A DNA stretch of 63,988 nucleotides, the filler included, from Dimargaris cristalligena (Eukaryota), in the NCBI GenBank assembly GCA_003614675.1. It is 6 parts of 6 records of this genome, joined end to end, with 100 filler letters (N's around TTAATTAATTAA, not from the genome) between each part and the next. Parts side by side here need not be neighbours in the genome. Positions count along the whole stretch, not along the records: positions 10,820 to 21,528 come from ML003162.1; positions 21,629 to 32,336 come from ML003163.1; 4 more parts are not named here. One strand, given 5' to 3'. Under the pieces are notes generated by a model that made no database searches, was not told the origin of the DNA, and saw only the letters and a program-made list of their open reading frames with translations. The position numbers and the translations under genes were made by a program. Positions 11,131-23,350 of the stretch are shown here, piece after piece. Each line of letters opens with the position of its first letter. Within the stretch, counting starts at the first letter, position 1.

Positions 11131-13203
11131 AGATATGTACTGAAGTCCCATAAAAAACATTTATTTACTTACTGTTACTTGTATTTTTTATCTACATTTA
11201 GAGTTTTTTTACATCCTTAAGCCAGTCTCACCTTACCCACAAGGCATAAGGCTCAGTACCCCCACATCCAGCAATTCCGACCTACTGGACGTGGAAATAC
11301 TTGCCGGTGGAGGGCCTACCTTTTCAATGGCATAGTATTCTAAAGAAGAGGCGAAGTTGCCCAGTATTAAGCACGTGTAACCTTACACAGCATGCCCTCT
11401 TCTAGGAGCCGCTGAGTCATTACTCACTACGCCTTTAAATTATATTGATGATCCTAAACACCTGGTCATATTGGAGGGCTATTGAACTGCGTGATTTATT
11501 GGATAGTACCCAAGGTGGGTTAGACGACCCGAGAAATTGGTACCTTTTAGGAAGCCCTGAGGATTGTGGCTTTATCGAACGTTCTTAATCCCAAAGTATA
11601 AAGTGCGGCTATAGTCGGTTACGCAAGAAACAATCCGGGAAAGAGGAAAACATGAGGGGGCGCCCCCAGGTGGTGGTTGATTTTTAGTAATAGGGGCCGT
11701 ACAAACTGACTTCAAATAGCAGAACAATAGTCCCCAATAGTGAAAGTATCCTGTTAGACGTGATATATTCCGACTTATACTTGTTATATTAACTATTTAG
11801 GGAGTTGGAGACTGGGTATAGACATACCGTTATGCTGTAGCTAACTGTAGTAATATACAGTGCAATATACTAGTTCGCTATAAAGTCACAGAATATAGCC
11901 ATTCTAAGTAGAAGTATCAATAGGATATTGCGAGTTGTAGCTAGGTTTGCTAAAGTAGCTTTCACCGGTTGGAGATCTCGAGAAGACCCAATTTGAAGGA
12001 TCGTTATATCCAGAGCTCTTCAGCTCAGTTGTACCACCCATCCGGTGAATAGAGTGTGAAGCTGAGGTACTCTGGAAGACTACTATTATTCCTTTTCGAG
12101 GGCATGCAATATATTTTTTGAGATCGCTTACTGAGAAGTACTGTATTAGTTTTGTTTCGGACCACGTCTGTACGCCAGCGAACCGTGGTAACTCCTACCC
12201 AATACACTATGGATATTGGAGGTATACAACCCTTAGAAAGCAGCGCCAATGGACTATCGGAAACATACAGTTTCCGGTAACGTATTCTTGAGTTAGTCGA
12301 GTATGTTCTAATCTTAGGCATTTAAAGGGGTTGCCTTTGGTCTAGACAAGCAGTGCGCCTCGTTGGTTGCAGGGTAGGTGTAATACTGGAAAACATCCTA
12401 GCACCAGCATCATCACTGATTCGTAAAACTATGCATCGGCCAACTTAGGAAGGTACCAGGCGATGTGTGAAAGGCATTGGGAGATAGAGAACCTTCAAAA
12501 GAATTTGACTTGTGCTTCCCAATGTACTGACCATTATAGAGCTACGGAGTCAGTATCACGGCACAAAATAGCACTAGTTAAATGCTGGCTATTTTATTAT
12601 TGCTGGTTCTGTGTGTAATCAATATTTCATGCCATGACCAACATACTGTCTATGACGACTCTGATACCTTCGCACTCCCTTTATCTTCTTCACACCCTTT
12701 ACCAGTCTCCCCGTCTGGGCCGCAATTTCCGATTTTAGCGCCTTGTTTTTCCCTGGCCCATTACCCATGGCCTTTATTAGCTGATACCTATTGGATTTAA
12801 AATGGAAGGTGGCACTAGGGCTCACCAAGTGGTTCGCTCTCTCGAGACCACCCAATATACGCCTCTGTAACATTTAAGCACTGTCTTGTACCGCAAGCTC
12901 CGTGAGTTTCTTTACAGCGTTTGTCATTGGAAAGGGAAACCTCGAGCTGTATATAGAGGCGGTTACTCGAATGGGCTGGCACGGTTGGGGGAAGGGTCAA
13001 GAGGGGAGGGGGCTCTCGGTTTTGAATAAAAGGCCCTAATCTAAGCCTAAATGTTTTACTGTCGCTGTATGCTATGCTCGTTTGCCACTAGTTGAACATC
13101 CTTAGCAGCCCACGCACCCCTGCATGGACTTGGGCCCAACCAACTTCCCCATTTAGTTTTTCTATTATTATATTTATTCACCCCTGCCCAACTATCCGAA
13201 AAC

Positions 13204-14671
13204 ATGCACTATTGGAGGTCTGTAAGTGTCCTGGTATTTGGTCGGATACTTCATCTCACCTATGCTGCCCCTAGTTTAAATATGGACGGGGTAAGTCAAG
13301 CAGCCCCACTTTCGAATCCCCCGGTTGACTTTACCAAGTCATTACCAAAGGAATTAGTCAGTATAATCATCGGATTATCGACCTTCCCAGACCACCTGTC
13401 ACTGCGCAGTACCTCACGATACCTGCAGAGGGAGGTCGACGATAACCCAGTACACCAGAAATTAAAGGCAAGTGACGCGAACCTCGCACCCCAGTACATT
13501 TACTGTCCCTCCCCTCCATCGCCCTCTCCTTTAAAAATATATAAAACTAAACATTATACTGTAGTCTGGGTCAATTATCCACCGATACTCGCCCATTCCT
13601 TTATTTACCTCAATGTACTGCACCACGGTATTCCGGGATGAAAATTGCGTAACCCATCTGACTCCATACTGGCGATAACCCTTTCAATAGCCCATGAGGA
13701 AAATCATGATTATCAATGGGGAAAAACTCACTGACGAACCCACCAGCGTTGAACAAAGGGCCGGGGCTTTAGTGGATCTCCTCTTGCCTAGTATCGACTT
13801 GTACCACATTGTCGCTGCTTTGGACCACTTCCGTATAAACGGGCTTACCCGCCACCAAGTGCTTATACCCGGTCAGTTTACCAACGACACCCCTCCCCGA
13901 CCTGTGGCGTTCAATCCCCATCGCTTCCTAAAAGGGTTAGCAAGCCTGACGATGCCCTATATGGATATTTTAAAACTCGACGATAAGCAAATGGGTGACC
14001 TGTTCCCGGCCTTGTATGCAGCCAAGCTGGGCCAGTGGGCCGAACTACGGGCGATGTTTCAGACGGCTACGCAGCCGAATATCGAAGCCACTGCCCAGCG
14101 TAATTTTCAAGGTCGCCGGCTGGTTTCCTCGGCTTTTTTGGATTTCCAGGGGGACTTGGATATGCGCACCGACGTAGTGGAGACGGTCATGGTGGAAATG
14201 ACGATGGTCCAAATCGTGGCGTATTTAGTGGCGGAGGGTCAGATCGGTGCCATGTTTGCCCTTCTGGAACAACTGAGACCCGAGTACCCTCAGTGTATGG
14301 CCTACTGGTTGCGCATAGCTGTGCTTCTGACGATGGAAACTGCGCAATACCACCAACCTAGCCATGAAACGTACGCCCGGGAGGGGGTGGAAGATGCGGT
14401 CGAATTCTATCGGGCTTGTGCCACACTATTCGGGCTGACCAAGGCGGCAACCGCGCTGGAGGCATTATTAGTGGATGGGGCGACGGAAACCGATGCCTTC
14501 GATTTAACCGAATGCTCTGACCTACTATACAATCCCCGACTAACGCACTTTGCGAGCTCACCCCTGACCCTTTTGTTTCGGTTCCCCACCTACCACTATT
14601 CCTCAGGTTCAGAGGCATTGGGGAATCTGCCAATCGTGGATAGCACCACTATACCCTTGGGTTCGCTTTGA
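13204..14671 (+). CDS. Signal peptide + F-box-like protein (exons 13204-13467 and 13691-14671; GC-AG intron), about 414 aa
   Basis: Signal-like MHYWRSVSVLVFGRILHLTYA-AP; F-box-like SLPKELVSIIIGLSTFPDHLSLRSTSRYLQREV. Donor AAG|GCAAGT and acceptor CTTTCAATAG|CCC are both phase 0. Helical C-terminal region with a degenerate ankyrin-like PALYAAKLGQWAEL. Confidence 0.7.
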
Positions 14672-15167
14672 ATCAAACTTATTTAATTGTTTCAACTTTA
14701 TCTCAGCTTTTACTTTCGCCTCGCGTCTTCATTATTCATAGCTATTTATTAAATTATGCCCTTTGGTACACCTCCAATATTTAGTCAATTGAAAAAATTA
14801 TGCCAGTGTGTAATGGTTGGAGCTAGAGTGGCGGTGATATATACATTGGTGGGACTATAGTGATGTACATAGAGCCAAAATCACTGCGTATATTTTTTTT
14901 ACTATAGTGAAGACAGGTCGCATTCAGTGCATTTCAAATAAATTCTCTCCATTTCTATCAAGGAATTCTCTTTGAACACTAAAAGTCACTAGTATTTTTT
15001 TTTCGCTTTCAACCTTCACCTAGTCTAACCTGGCTGTATATTTTCTCTTTTGTGCCGTTGGTTCCCCCATTCGTATTCTTTGTCGACGTAGCTTTTTCCG
15101 CCTTCCTACTGCTTGGCCCTCTCCCTCCTTCTGGCTCTCTTCCGCACCCTTATATTTTATTGACGCC

Positions 15168-16321
15168 ATGGGTCGACCCCAAATCAATCGACAGGAAGCT
15201 AAAAAGCCTGCAACTAAAGGCTCAGCCCAGGACAAGAGTCGGCCGAAGGGAAAACCAATGAAAAAAAGGAGTGTCGAGTCCACCAAGTCGTTATCGGATA
15301 TTAAACGGCGTGTCCGGGACCTCAACCGATTCCTAAGCCGACCTAACCTACCGACCGCCCAGCGCGAAGACCTCGAGCGTCAACTCCGGCCCCTTAACAC
15401 CCAACTCCGGGTCTTACAGTTCTATGCCGCCGAGAAGGCGAATGCTACAAAGTCCCACCGGATTCGGTTTTTGGGTAAGTATTTCCCATTGCATAGTATC
15501 CTTTATATGGCACCGGCTTAGTCTGCTAACGGGCCTCCCTGGACACCCGGGGTCGCTGTTCCTTCTGATGTATGCTATGTATGATATAAATCTAACTGCG
15601 TATCTACTGTATCTATAATGGGTGGGGGGATATCCTGGAATCGTTGAATCTCAATAGATCGCAAGAGAATCAACCGCCGGATCAAACAGCTCAACGCTTC
15701 AATCCAGGAATGCCAGGAAAGCGACGAAACCACCCAGAATGAATTGGCCTTGCAGCGCCAAGAGCTTGAGTTGAATTTGAAGTATATTGAAGTAAGTTCG
15801 GTCGCATCCATTCACGCCAGCCTGTCTTTTACGAACTTCCGTCACTAGCGACTGCCACATATGGGCTAAGTAGTGGCGATGGGCTAGTTCATTATTATAT
15901 TCATCTGCCTGATAGTTATTGGAACCTACTAGCCGACAAGCTCCGTCTCACTCATATCTACTTCCATCGGGACTATTCCATTATATAATTTACTACCAAT
16001 TAGCACTATCCCCATAATTTCCCGTATAAATCCATCAATACTGACGCCCCACTAGCGAAAAAACAGCAGGAAATACGGGAAGAGATTCGCACCGCCATCG
16101 AAAAGGGCGAAGTGTCCCTCTTGCCCGACAAACGCCTAGCGGCCTACCTTAGCCAAACCACTACCGCCACTACCCCAATCGATGCTCCGAGCAATACCAA
16201 CGACGCTGAATCCGGTAGCGGATCTGAAGAGCCCCTGCCCAAGGATACCCAAAAGGCTGCACTAAAAAGCTCCAATTTTTTCGCCACAGGATCTGACGAT
16301 GAATCTGATGACGATGCCTGA
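15168..16321 (+). CDS. EFG1: rRNA-processing protein Efg1 (exons 15168-15474, 15658-15791, 16004-16321)
   Basis: IKRRVRDLNRFL, HRIRFL-DRKRINRRIKQL and LNLKYIE-HYPHNFPYKSI match Efg1 motifs. Acidic tail. GT-AG phases consistent. Confidence 0.85.
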
Positions 16322-16717
16322 GGGATCTTCAATTGTAAGATTGGTATCACTGCCTAATTGTTTAAAAAGCGACCTATAATATCGTTTGCTTAGTCTCAAA
16401 ATCTACCCTAAAAATAAATCACAATGATGGCCTAGCACACACCAGATAGCAAAACTCCAGAGTTCTTTATCATGTTTCGCGCTAGAGTATATAGGTATCC
16501 CTGTATTTATTTCAGGGGATGAGTAGAAGTCTGAGATTGAATACAAAATTAAAGAAAATCAACGAAATAGGCGAGAAGCGTAGTTTATTACCGGTAGGGG
16601 TGAAGCGGGGGAACAGCCCGAAAGACCCATGTAATCTACTCTAAATAGAAAGAGGGGATGCCCGTAAACCCAGTATCTAAGGAACAGGTGATCGATGGCG
16701 GCGGCGAAAACCGGAAT

Positions 16718-17185
16718 TTATAGTTCATCCCGAGCCTTCTGTCTCTCGAGGCGCTTCTTCTCTTTTTTCATGTTGACGCGGCGCATAAAACTGATTCCGC
16801 CGCGAGTAGCAGGGGGTGGGAGATGGGCCGTAATAAGGTGTAAATATATCAACGACGCATAAATTAGAAATGACCCATAATACAATGACTTAGGGGTCGT
16901 TGCTGATCTAACTATTGCCCTAGGCGAACCGTCGATGCACATTTCTCGTCAATAAATACCAGTATTCTACTGGTATATAACTTACTCGTTGTGTTGGCAC
17001 AGCTCGTATTCGTGCTTCTCGTGCTTACAGGTCCAGGCCAGGAAGAAGTTGTCGTAGCGGCACCGGTTGAGGGGCACGAGCAGATGGGCACAGTAGTCGC
17101 GAACCTCCAAGGGGATGCGGTACTCGGCCAACTGCCGCTGGGTCATTTTCATCTCGGGTTCCTTGAAGGGATCTTCGGCCAACAT
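16718..17185 (-). CDS. NDUFB7: NADH:ubiquinone oxidoreductase B18 subunit (exons 17185-16986, 16790-16718)
   Basis: IPLEVRDYCAHLLVPLNRCR...CKHEKHEYELC twin CX9C motif; spliced continuation DFMRRV. Confidence 0.95.
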
Positions 17186-17952
17186 GGTGAACTAGATTGG
17201 GAGAGAAGCGGGGCAGGGTAGGGCCCATTGAATAGATATAAAACAACGTTAAGAGCCGGCGCTTTGGATTAGCAAATACGAATAGGGGCTGTGTACTGGG
17301 CTGACTGTGGGGTGCGATCCAGGGAAGTAGTTCGGAACTAGTCAACTTCGCCTACCTAGTACGGTTGGGGTCGGGGGTTAAATGCTACCGAAGGAAAAAA
17401 GACTAGAGACAAGTCACGTATAGGACAAGGCTAGAAAGGAAGGAGATAATACAAGGGTTAAATTAAATAATAGTGCTTGGATTGAGGGAGACCATGTGTG
17501 CATTGGAATCCCAATCCCTGAGCTTGGTCACTTTGAAACGGTGGGCGAGCTGTTCGTGAATCCGTGCAAAGCAGCTTCGCTGGTTCAACCAAATCCCTCG
17601 CATACAAAGGCTCATAAGCACTCCATGTCTCCCCCCCCCACCCACCCACACCTGTTCCATAATAATATTATCCCAGAGACTCAAACCTCCCTCCCCCTCA
17701 TTCATAGCTTTATCATGCTCGGGCTGGGCGATCAAGCGGAGAGACAGCACGCCAAGTTGAATTCAGTACCACGTGACATTTAGGACCTGGCCTCTGCCCC
17801 ATTTGCCTCCCTTCCCAACTTGGTTCTGGCATTATCAAATTAGCACAGTCTAGACTGGAATATGTTATTGAACTATATATAAGATATTCTCAAAGACTGG
17901 TATAAAAGTAGTAGTGACATTGGGGCCCAGGTTGGAGTTTGATTTATGGCGC

Positions 17953-20345
17953 CTAGTCGTCTTTCTCTGGATTGGGTAGCTGGTGTTTAATCGGTGGAAT
18001 GTAAAGATATTGATCATGAAATGCCCGGTCGTGCTTGGTTAGTGGCGGCAACTTAATAATTTTAAAATAATCTTCGGCGTGTTGGTTCAAGGCGATGGAG
18101 TATGGGGGAGGAAGATGCACAATAGAGAATCAATAATATCATAAGGAGTTAAGGATTACACACACGGCATGGGCATGTCATCGGAAACAGTACCCACTGG
18201 GTAAAGAGCGTGGATATATGGTGATATAGGAATAGCATGGGGTAACGTCCAAAGATACTGGCATTGCCCCCATCCCTCACTTGTCCGGATGGACCAGCCA
18301 AGTGAATAGAAATAGGGGTTTCCAAAAACATGGTCGATTAGTGTTAGCAAAAAGGTAGGATATTTTCTGGAATAACGGCCATTTTTGTAGCTCGGTGTTG
18401 CTCATTCTAATTAATATATAAGTTTAAACATGCAAGTAATATATAGCCGAGCATGGGTTAATGCCTACGATTAGTTAATTAGCCTCGTACTACCCAAAAT
18501 ACGTCGTATGCATGTATCCGGTAATTGGCAACATAATGGTCTATTCAACTATACCTATCAATGTAGCGCTGCAGGTTATTGCCAATGAACGCCACATGCT
18601 CCCATTTGTCGTCAACCAGGTTGGCTTCTAAGAGGTTGTGGTACATGAACCCTTCGCAATGAGGCATGTAAAATAGTGTAAGCCGATCTACTATCTGGCG
18701 ACAACTCTAAAGGCGGGAAAGAGGAAATGTATTGGAGGTACCCGGTTGCATAAAAATCGGTCGGCTCAGTTGAAGTGCGAATCGAAGTATCGAAGGGTCT
18801 TGCCGTACATATGTATGGTATTATCAATCGTCTCAAGTATGCATGGACTTGTGGGTCGCTTAATACCCCCAAGCTGTACTGAAAAGCGAAACACTCTTAC
18901 ATTGTTTTCCGTAATTACAGAATAGCCATACGACTTAATCGCTGCTTTTTCGATATTAGTGAACACGGGATCAAATGCGGACACCGAGCCTTGGATCTAC
19001 AAAGGGAATAGGGGAGGGCAGTAGAATTTGCCGCAGAGTTTGCTATAGGCTGGATTGAGTGTGCGTTTATTATGACTATGCTTTTTATAAATTCTTATAT
19101 AACCCAACACCAGCAATTACAAAGGCAATACAACTGTGGGCTCCAGTGTCCCATTCATATAAAACAAGTAAGAGTACATTCCGATATGCTTAGTATAAAT
19201 CAGAAATATTTAAACTGTCCTACCTTAGCGAGTGTTTCCAAGTGCCGAAGCAAAGCCATTTGCAACTGCGAGTCTTTGGAACTCCATAGACTACCGATAC
19301 CGAAACAAATAATATCATGAACCGGCAGTACTGGTGGGTCGTCCACAGCACCCAGGCCCGCTACTTTGAGTGCATCTATAAATCAGTAAAATCCCCCGTA
19401 GTAAACGAGCAGTTTAGTGGTCGACGAACTTTGTATATGATGGGTGCCATAATGGGGATGCTAATCCCGCGAAATAAAAATAGACAGTCTAACAATATGA
19501 CAATTATCTACCATACAATGTTAAAGTCCTTCTAGCGAAAGTAATGTCAGAGCTAAAAAAAGTGACAGTTTAATCGTACCTGTTATTTTTCCAAAATACG
19601 CACCGAGATCCTGTTCTTGACTAGTGGGATATAGCGGAATACCAACAATACACGCTCGGAGGTGGGGTTGTTTAATTCGACTATTAGGCAATGGGTATAA
19701 ACAATCTCTCCTAGAGAACGTGGGCGAAAGAATGCATAGTAATGTTTTAAACAAAAGATGCTTCACTCCCCCATTAGTTTTGAGAGACAGTGTCGTCTGA
19801 CTTTAGTCTCAGCAGAAATCAACTTACATTCGATTTATCATAGTTTCCCGGATATGGTTTACCGCCAGGTCGATTTGGGTTGGATCAGTCGTTTCGGGAT
19901 CTAAATCCAGCAGCTGTCGCCGAGCAGGGTCTAGTCGAAACCGATTTCCGCGCCGCTTGGCCGAACCGCGTGGTTTCCGGGAGGGGGAATTCGTGGGGTG
20001 GGAGGTTGTCCCCTGTAACGTAGGCAGAGGTTTGGTCTCTACGGTAGGGCTGAGTGTCTCTGCTAAACTCAACGGAAATGCAGCAAAGGTACGTAATAAC
20101 ACCGATGGTTAGTTAGACAAGGCCGAAAACATGTGAATGTGCGTAGGGGTGAACATGGGTATGTCCACACTGCACAGGGTTTTGGTATTTCAAGTTAGGA
20201 ACTCCGTTGCCGCTGTTGCTATTTCTAGGACCGCGACTCTACCTGATTGACCCGCGCATGGTGGGGTGCTTAGGGAGCCGGGGTTGGGTCGCCGACCAGG
20301 CCGTCGGCTACGTCGCCCAACCAATTTGAATCCGTCGTCTTCCAT
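17953..20345 (-). CDS. SRR1/Ber1-like (SRRD) protein, about 8 exons, mostly missed by the ORF track
   Basis: Manually joined exons give MEDDGFKLVGRR..., IICFGIGSLWSSKDSQLQMALL, AFDPVFT, TLFYMPHCEGFMYHNLLEAN, FIGNNL and AFHDQYLY, which are hallmark SRR1-domain motifs. The small exon near 19552-19512 is less certain. Confidence 0.85.
18079..18363 (-). other. Probable AT-AC (U12-type, minor spliceosome) intron
   Basis: Donor AAA|ATATCCTACCTTT, U12 branch TCCTTAAC at 18155-18148 plus CCTTGAAC close to the end, acceptor CAACAC|GCC. Phase 0 on both sides restores the SRR1 C-terminus. Confidence 0.75.
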
Positions 20346-21482
20346 TAGGGATCGTTCTAGGAATGACTCAATTGTCGAGCGAGGAAAATGTACTAGTGTA
20401 AAAAAGACAGTGGGATTTCAAAAGCGTTAGACGGGAAAGTCAGCTAGTAGTGGGCCTATCCCAGACACTGAGGGCGACAGGAATAGAATTCACTATTGTT
20501 ACAGGCCAGCTTGGAAAAATTAAAAATACAGCTGGCTGTAATAGTATCCCCTGGTGGGTGGTGGCATAGTACCTGAGGAGTCTCTCGCTTGTAACCCAGT
20601 AAAGTATAATGGCAGACTACCTAGCTGCATATTTCATGCTGAGGGCAACAAGCGTTAAGGGCCATACATGCTAACATAAATTCTACAAATAGAAACAATA
20701 GCAGGACTTAATTACCATTAGCTCATTCAATTAATATCTCAGTTATGCATGGGTTTTTTTTGGAAAGGAGGAAGACATAGTTTGGATACAGGAACAATAG
20801 CCTAGAGAATCAATAGGGATGGATTGCCCTATTTGGGCTTAGTTGATCGAGAATGTCATTTGGAACATCTCTCCAACAAGCCCGCTCTAGGCCACGGCAT
20901 ATCTGGGCAATCGCCAACCCGTTATTGAGAAACACATTGTTTTCCAGTCAGTGGTGAGCCGGGGTTCCTTTTACAGCCCGATAGTGATGGATCCAAGCAC
21001 ACCAAGCGTGCGGTATTGTCTGAGCTACGTTTGCCTGAAATTAGAACGACCTATAATGCCTTAGGCTATCTAGTTGGCCATTGTCTAAATGAGTGAATAG
21101 TGCGGATGGATTCTTCCGAGTAAAGGTGGCCTGTAAAGCAATTCTCCGAAATAGGGTCGAGGGGACAATAAGGCTAGCATGCCTGACGTGAATGTTGTCT
21201 ATTGTATACTAATCCTGACTAGTTTGCTTGATTCGCTGTACACCGCGATACGGTGAAGGGTGGACAATGCAATCCATGAATTAATCGATGTCTGCCATAT
21301 TCCCCGAAAATGTATAAAAGAGACTTCCTTGGTGTCTCCTTAGCTACTCATCAAATTATCAGCAACCTGCCCATTCGCAATACCGAGCCATACACCACTT
21401 ATATCATCATCTTCTACCACTTCCCAGTTCTTCTCTTCTCCGCCTCTTTACCAAATTACCAACCCCCCCTTCACCACCAACC

Positions 21483-21528
21483 ATGCTTACCAACTGGATT
21501 TCTCTTGTCACTTTGGCCTTGGCCACGC
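21483..21528 (+). CDS. 5' fragment of a probable secreted protein, cut by contig end
   Basis: TATAAAA near 21313, pyrimidine-rich leader, ACCATG and a signal-like MLTNWISLVTLALAT. Confidence 0.5.
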
Positions 21529-21628
21529 NNNNNNNNNNNNNNNNNNNNNNNNNNNNNNNNNNNNNNNNNNNNTTAATTAATTAANNNNNNNNNNNNNNNN
21601 NNNNNNNNNNNNNNNNNNNNNNNNNNNN
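21529..21628. other. Artificial contig linker
   Basis: N-TTAATTAATTAA-N, 100 nt. Confidence 0.98.
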
Positions 21629-21811
21629 ATTATAAAACCTTCCAAGGCGGCCACCCAAGGATAAGATATTTTCTTTAGATATTTACGACCACCTGCTAGC
21701 CCAATTCCTATTTCCTGTAATCCCCCAGCCCAGTCATCCATCATCTTCAAGTCTTCGACTTTCGGTTAATTTCCCTTCTCTCTCACCCCCCATATTATCC
21801 ATATTGTCAAA

Positions 21812-22294
21812 ATGAAGGTCATTGCTGCCGCCGCCTCCCTTTTCCTCTTCGCCGCTTCCGCCGCTGCTCTGACTGACGAGCAAATGGCTTGCCTGGGCGA
21901 GTCCGTGTGCGACCGCAAGGGTCAGACTTGTCTGGCTGGTTGCTTTGGTATGAGCGACGATGTTTACAAAAAGACCCAATCCTGCTTCCTGAAGTGTAGC
22001 TCCTCCACCGACGACTGCTCCAAAAAGTGTAACCAGGATATGGAAGACACCATGGGTGCCACGATTGACGAAATCGACGTTGCTTGGGATGATGTGCACA
22101 GTGGCAAGTCCTCCAACAAGGGTGCCAACGCCTCGACCGCCAGCACGGCCGCCACCAAGACCAACTCCGATGGCACCACCCCTTCCGCCGATGAGTCCGA
22201 TGACAGCTCCAGTGCTGCCGCTGCCGGCTCCGCTGGTGTCCTGACCGGTTCTCTGGCCGTCGCTGCCCTGCTCGCTTCCCGCTACATGGCCTAA
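21812..22294 (+). CDS. Secreted 8-Cys domain, Ser/Thr-rich, GPI-signal surface protein, paralog 1
   Basis: Signal peptide; C-x5-C-x6-C-x3-C-x13-C-x3-C-x6-C-x3-C; S/T/D linker; hydrophobic C-tail; TATAAAA near 21631; strong codon bias. Confidence 0.9.
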   Translation: MKVIAAAASLFLFAASAAALTDEQMACLGESVCDRKGQTCLAGCFGMSDDVYKKTQSCFLKCSSSTDDCSKKCNQDMEDTMGATIDEIDVAWDDVHSGKSSNKGANASTASTAATKTNSDGTTPSADESDDSSSAAAAGSAGVLTGSLAVAALLASRYMA

Positions 22295-23222
22295 ATATTT
22301 ACTCAACTTAGAGTGTAAATGTCCATATTTCCGCCTTGCTATAGCCTGTTCTTCTCCCCACCTAATAAATTATTATTATAACTAATCCCCCGAAAACCGT
22401 GTCTATAATACGATCTGTGAACGGGGTATTATGTTACAGCCCGTATTTCCATCGTGGGCAAAAAGGGGTTTGACCAAGCCCCTCATAGAATAACGTTGGA
22501 GGTTTTGGCAATGAGTGACCTACTTCCAAACCTAGTTTAAATGAGCAAGTCCCTGGGGAATAAAAAACTACAGTCTCCCTTCCTGAATTTGGGGGGATCG
22601 CATAGGATGATAGTTGGCAAGTCGTGGGCTTTTGTCAATCAACTGTATGAAGCTTTTCCACTTGATAATGCAGTCAATCCCAAAACTGAACTGGGAAAGT
22701 GCGAACAAGAGGTAGCGGGGTCGATCAAACGAATCAGTGAATGGGGGAAGGGGAATGGGGAAGAGGCAAACCAGTAGCGGATGAGCCGGGCCAATGGTTG
22801 GATGCCACTGTAGGGAAAATGCCATCCCAATGACCCAATCGCCCACTGCTATTCGATTATACATTCTCCGTTTGCTTAAAACACCACTCGAAGGGTGGGT
22901 TAATCGCTAGTGACGGTACCCCTTTCCCATATTCACCTTCTCTGGTGTTTGGGGATCACTAGGTCTATCGGAATTGGCCAGCGGAGCTAGGCTAATCATC
23001 GCCCATGTCACTCTACATAATTTGGAAGGCAGGGGTTTGATGGTTTGATTGCTGTGGCCAATAACCTTCTTCGTCCTCAGCACTCAAGCCAAGTTTCCTC
23101 TACAGAAGTGATGTGCCACTCACTCGGCATCTGCTAGTGCTGGGGGGTGATTCAAAGGCATGCTTGAGAATTCATCTGGTAATACAGCTCGACTTATCCG
23201 TAGGCAGATATACCGTATATAA

Positions 23223-23350
23223 ATATGGGTAAAATTCAAACCAGCTGTATAAGGTTGTACATAATATATGTGAGAATAGCTTTTAACCAGTAATATTGGC
23301 CGCATCCAATGGATTTTTCATTATACAGCCTGAATGAACTTCTCCCATAT
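23223..23350 (+). mobile_element. MITE-like element, copy B
   Basis: ATATGGGTAAAATTCAAACCAGCTGTATAA...TTATACAGCCTGAATGAACTTCTCCCATAT; 23 of 30 positions of the inverted ends match. Confidence 0.85.

Noticed and set aside
12582..12800. Short ORF with hydrophobic N-terminus as a secreted peptide
   Set aside because: No motif, paralog or splice support; cannot be told apart from chance.
15496..15504. Perfect U12-like donor GTATCCTTT inside EFG1 intron 1, in the same phase as the GT donor
   Set aside because: The conserved Efg1 motif (RF..RK) needs the upstream GTAAGT donor, and no U12 branch motif was seen near the acceptor.
21483..21528. Truncated signal-peptide ORF as a sixth member of the 8-Cys array
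   Set aside because: It is on a different contig and only 15 codons are visible.
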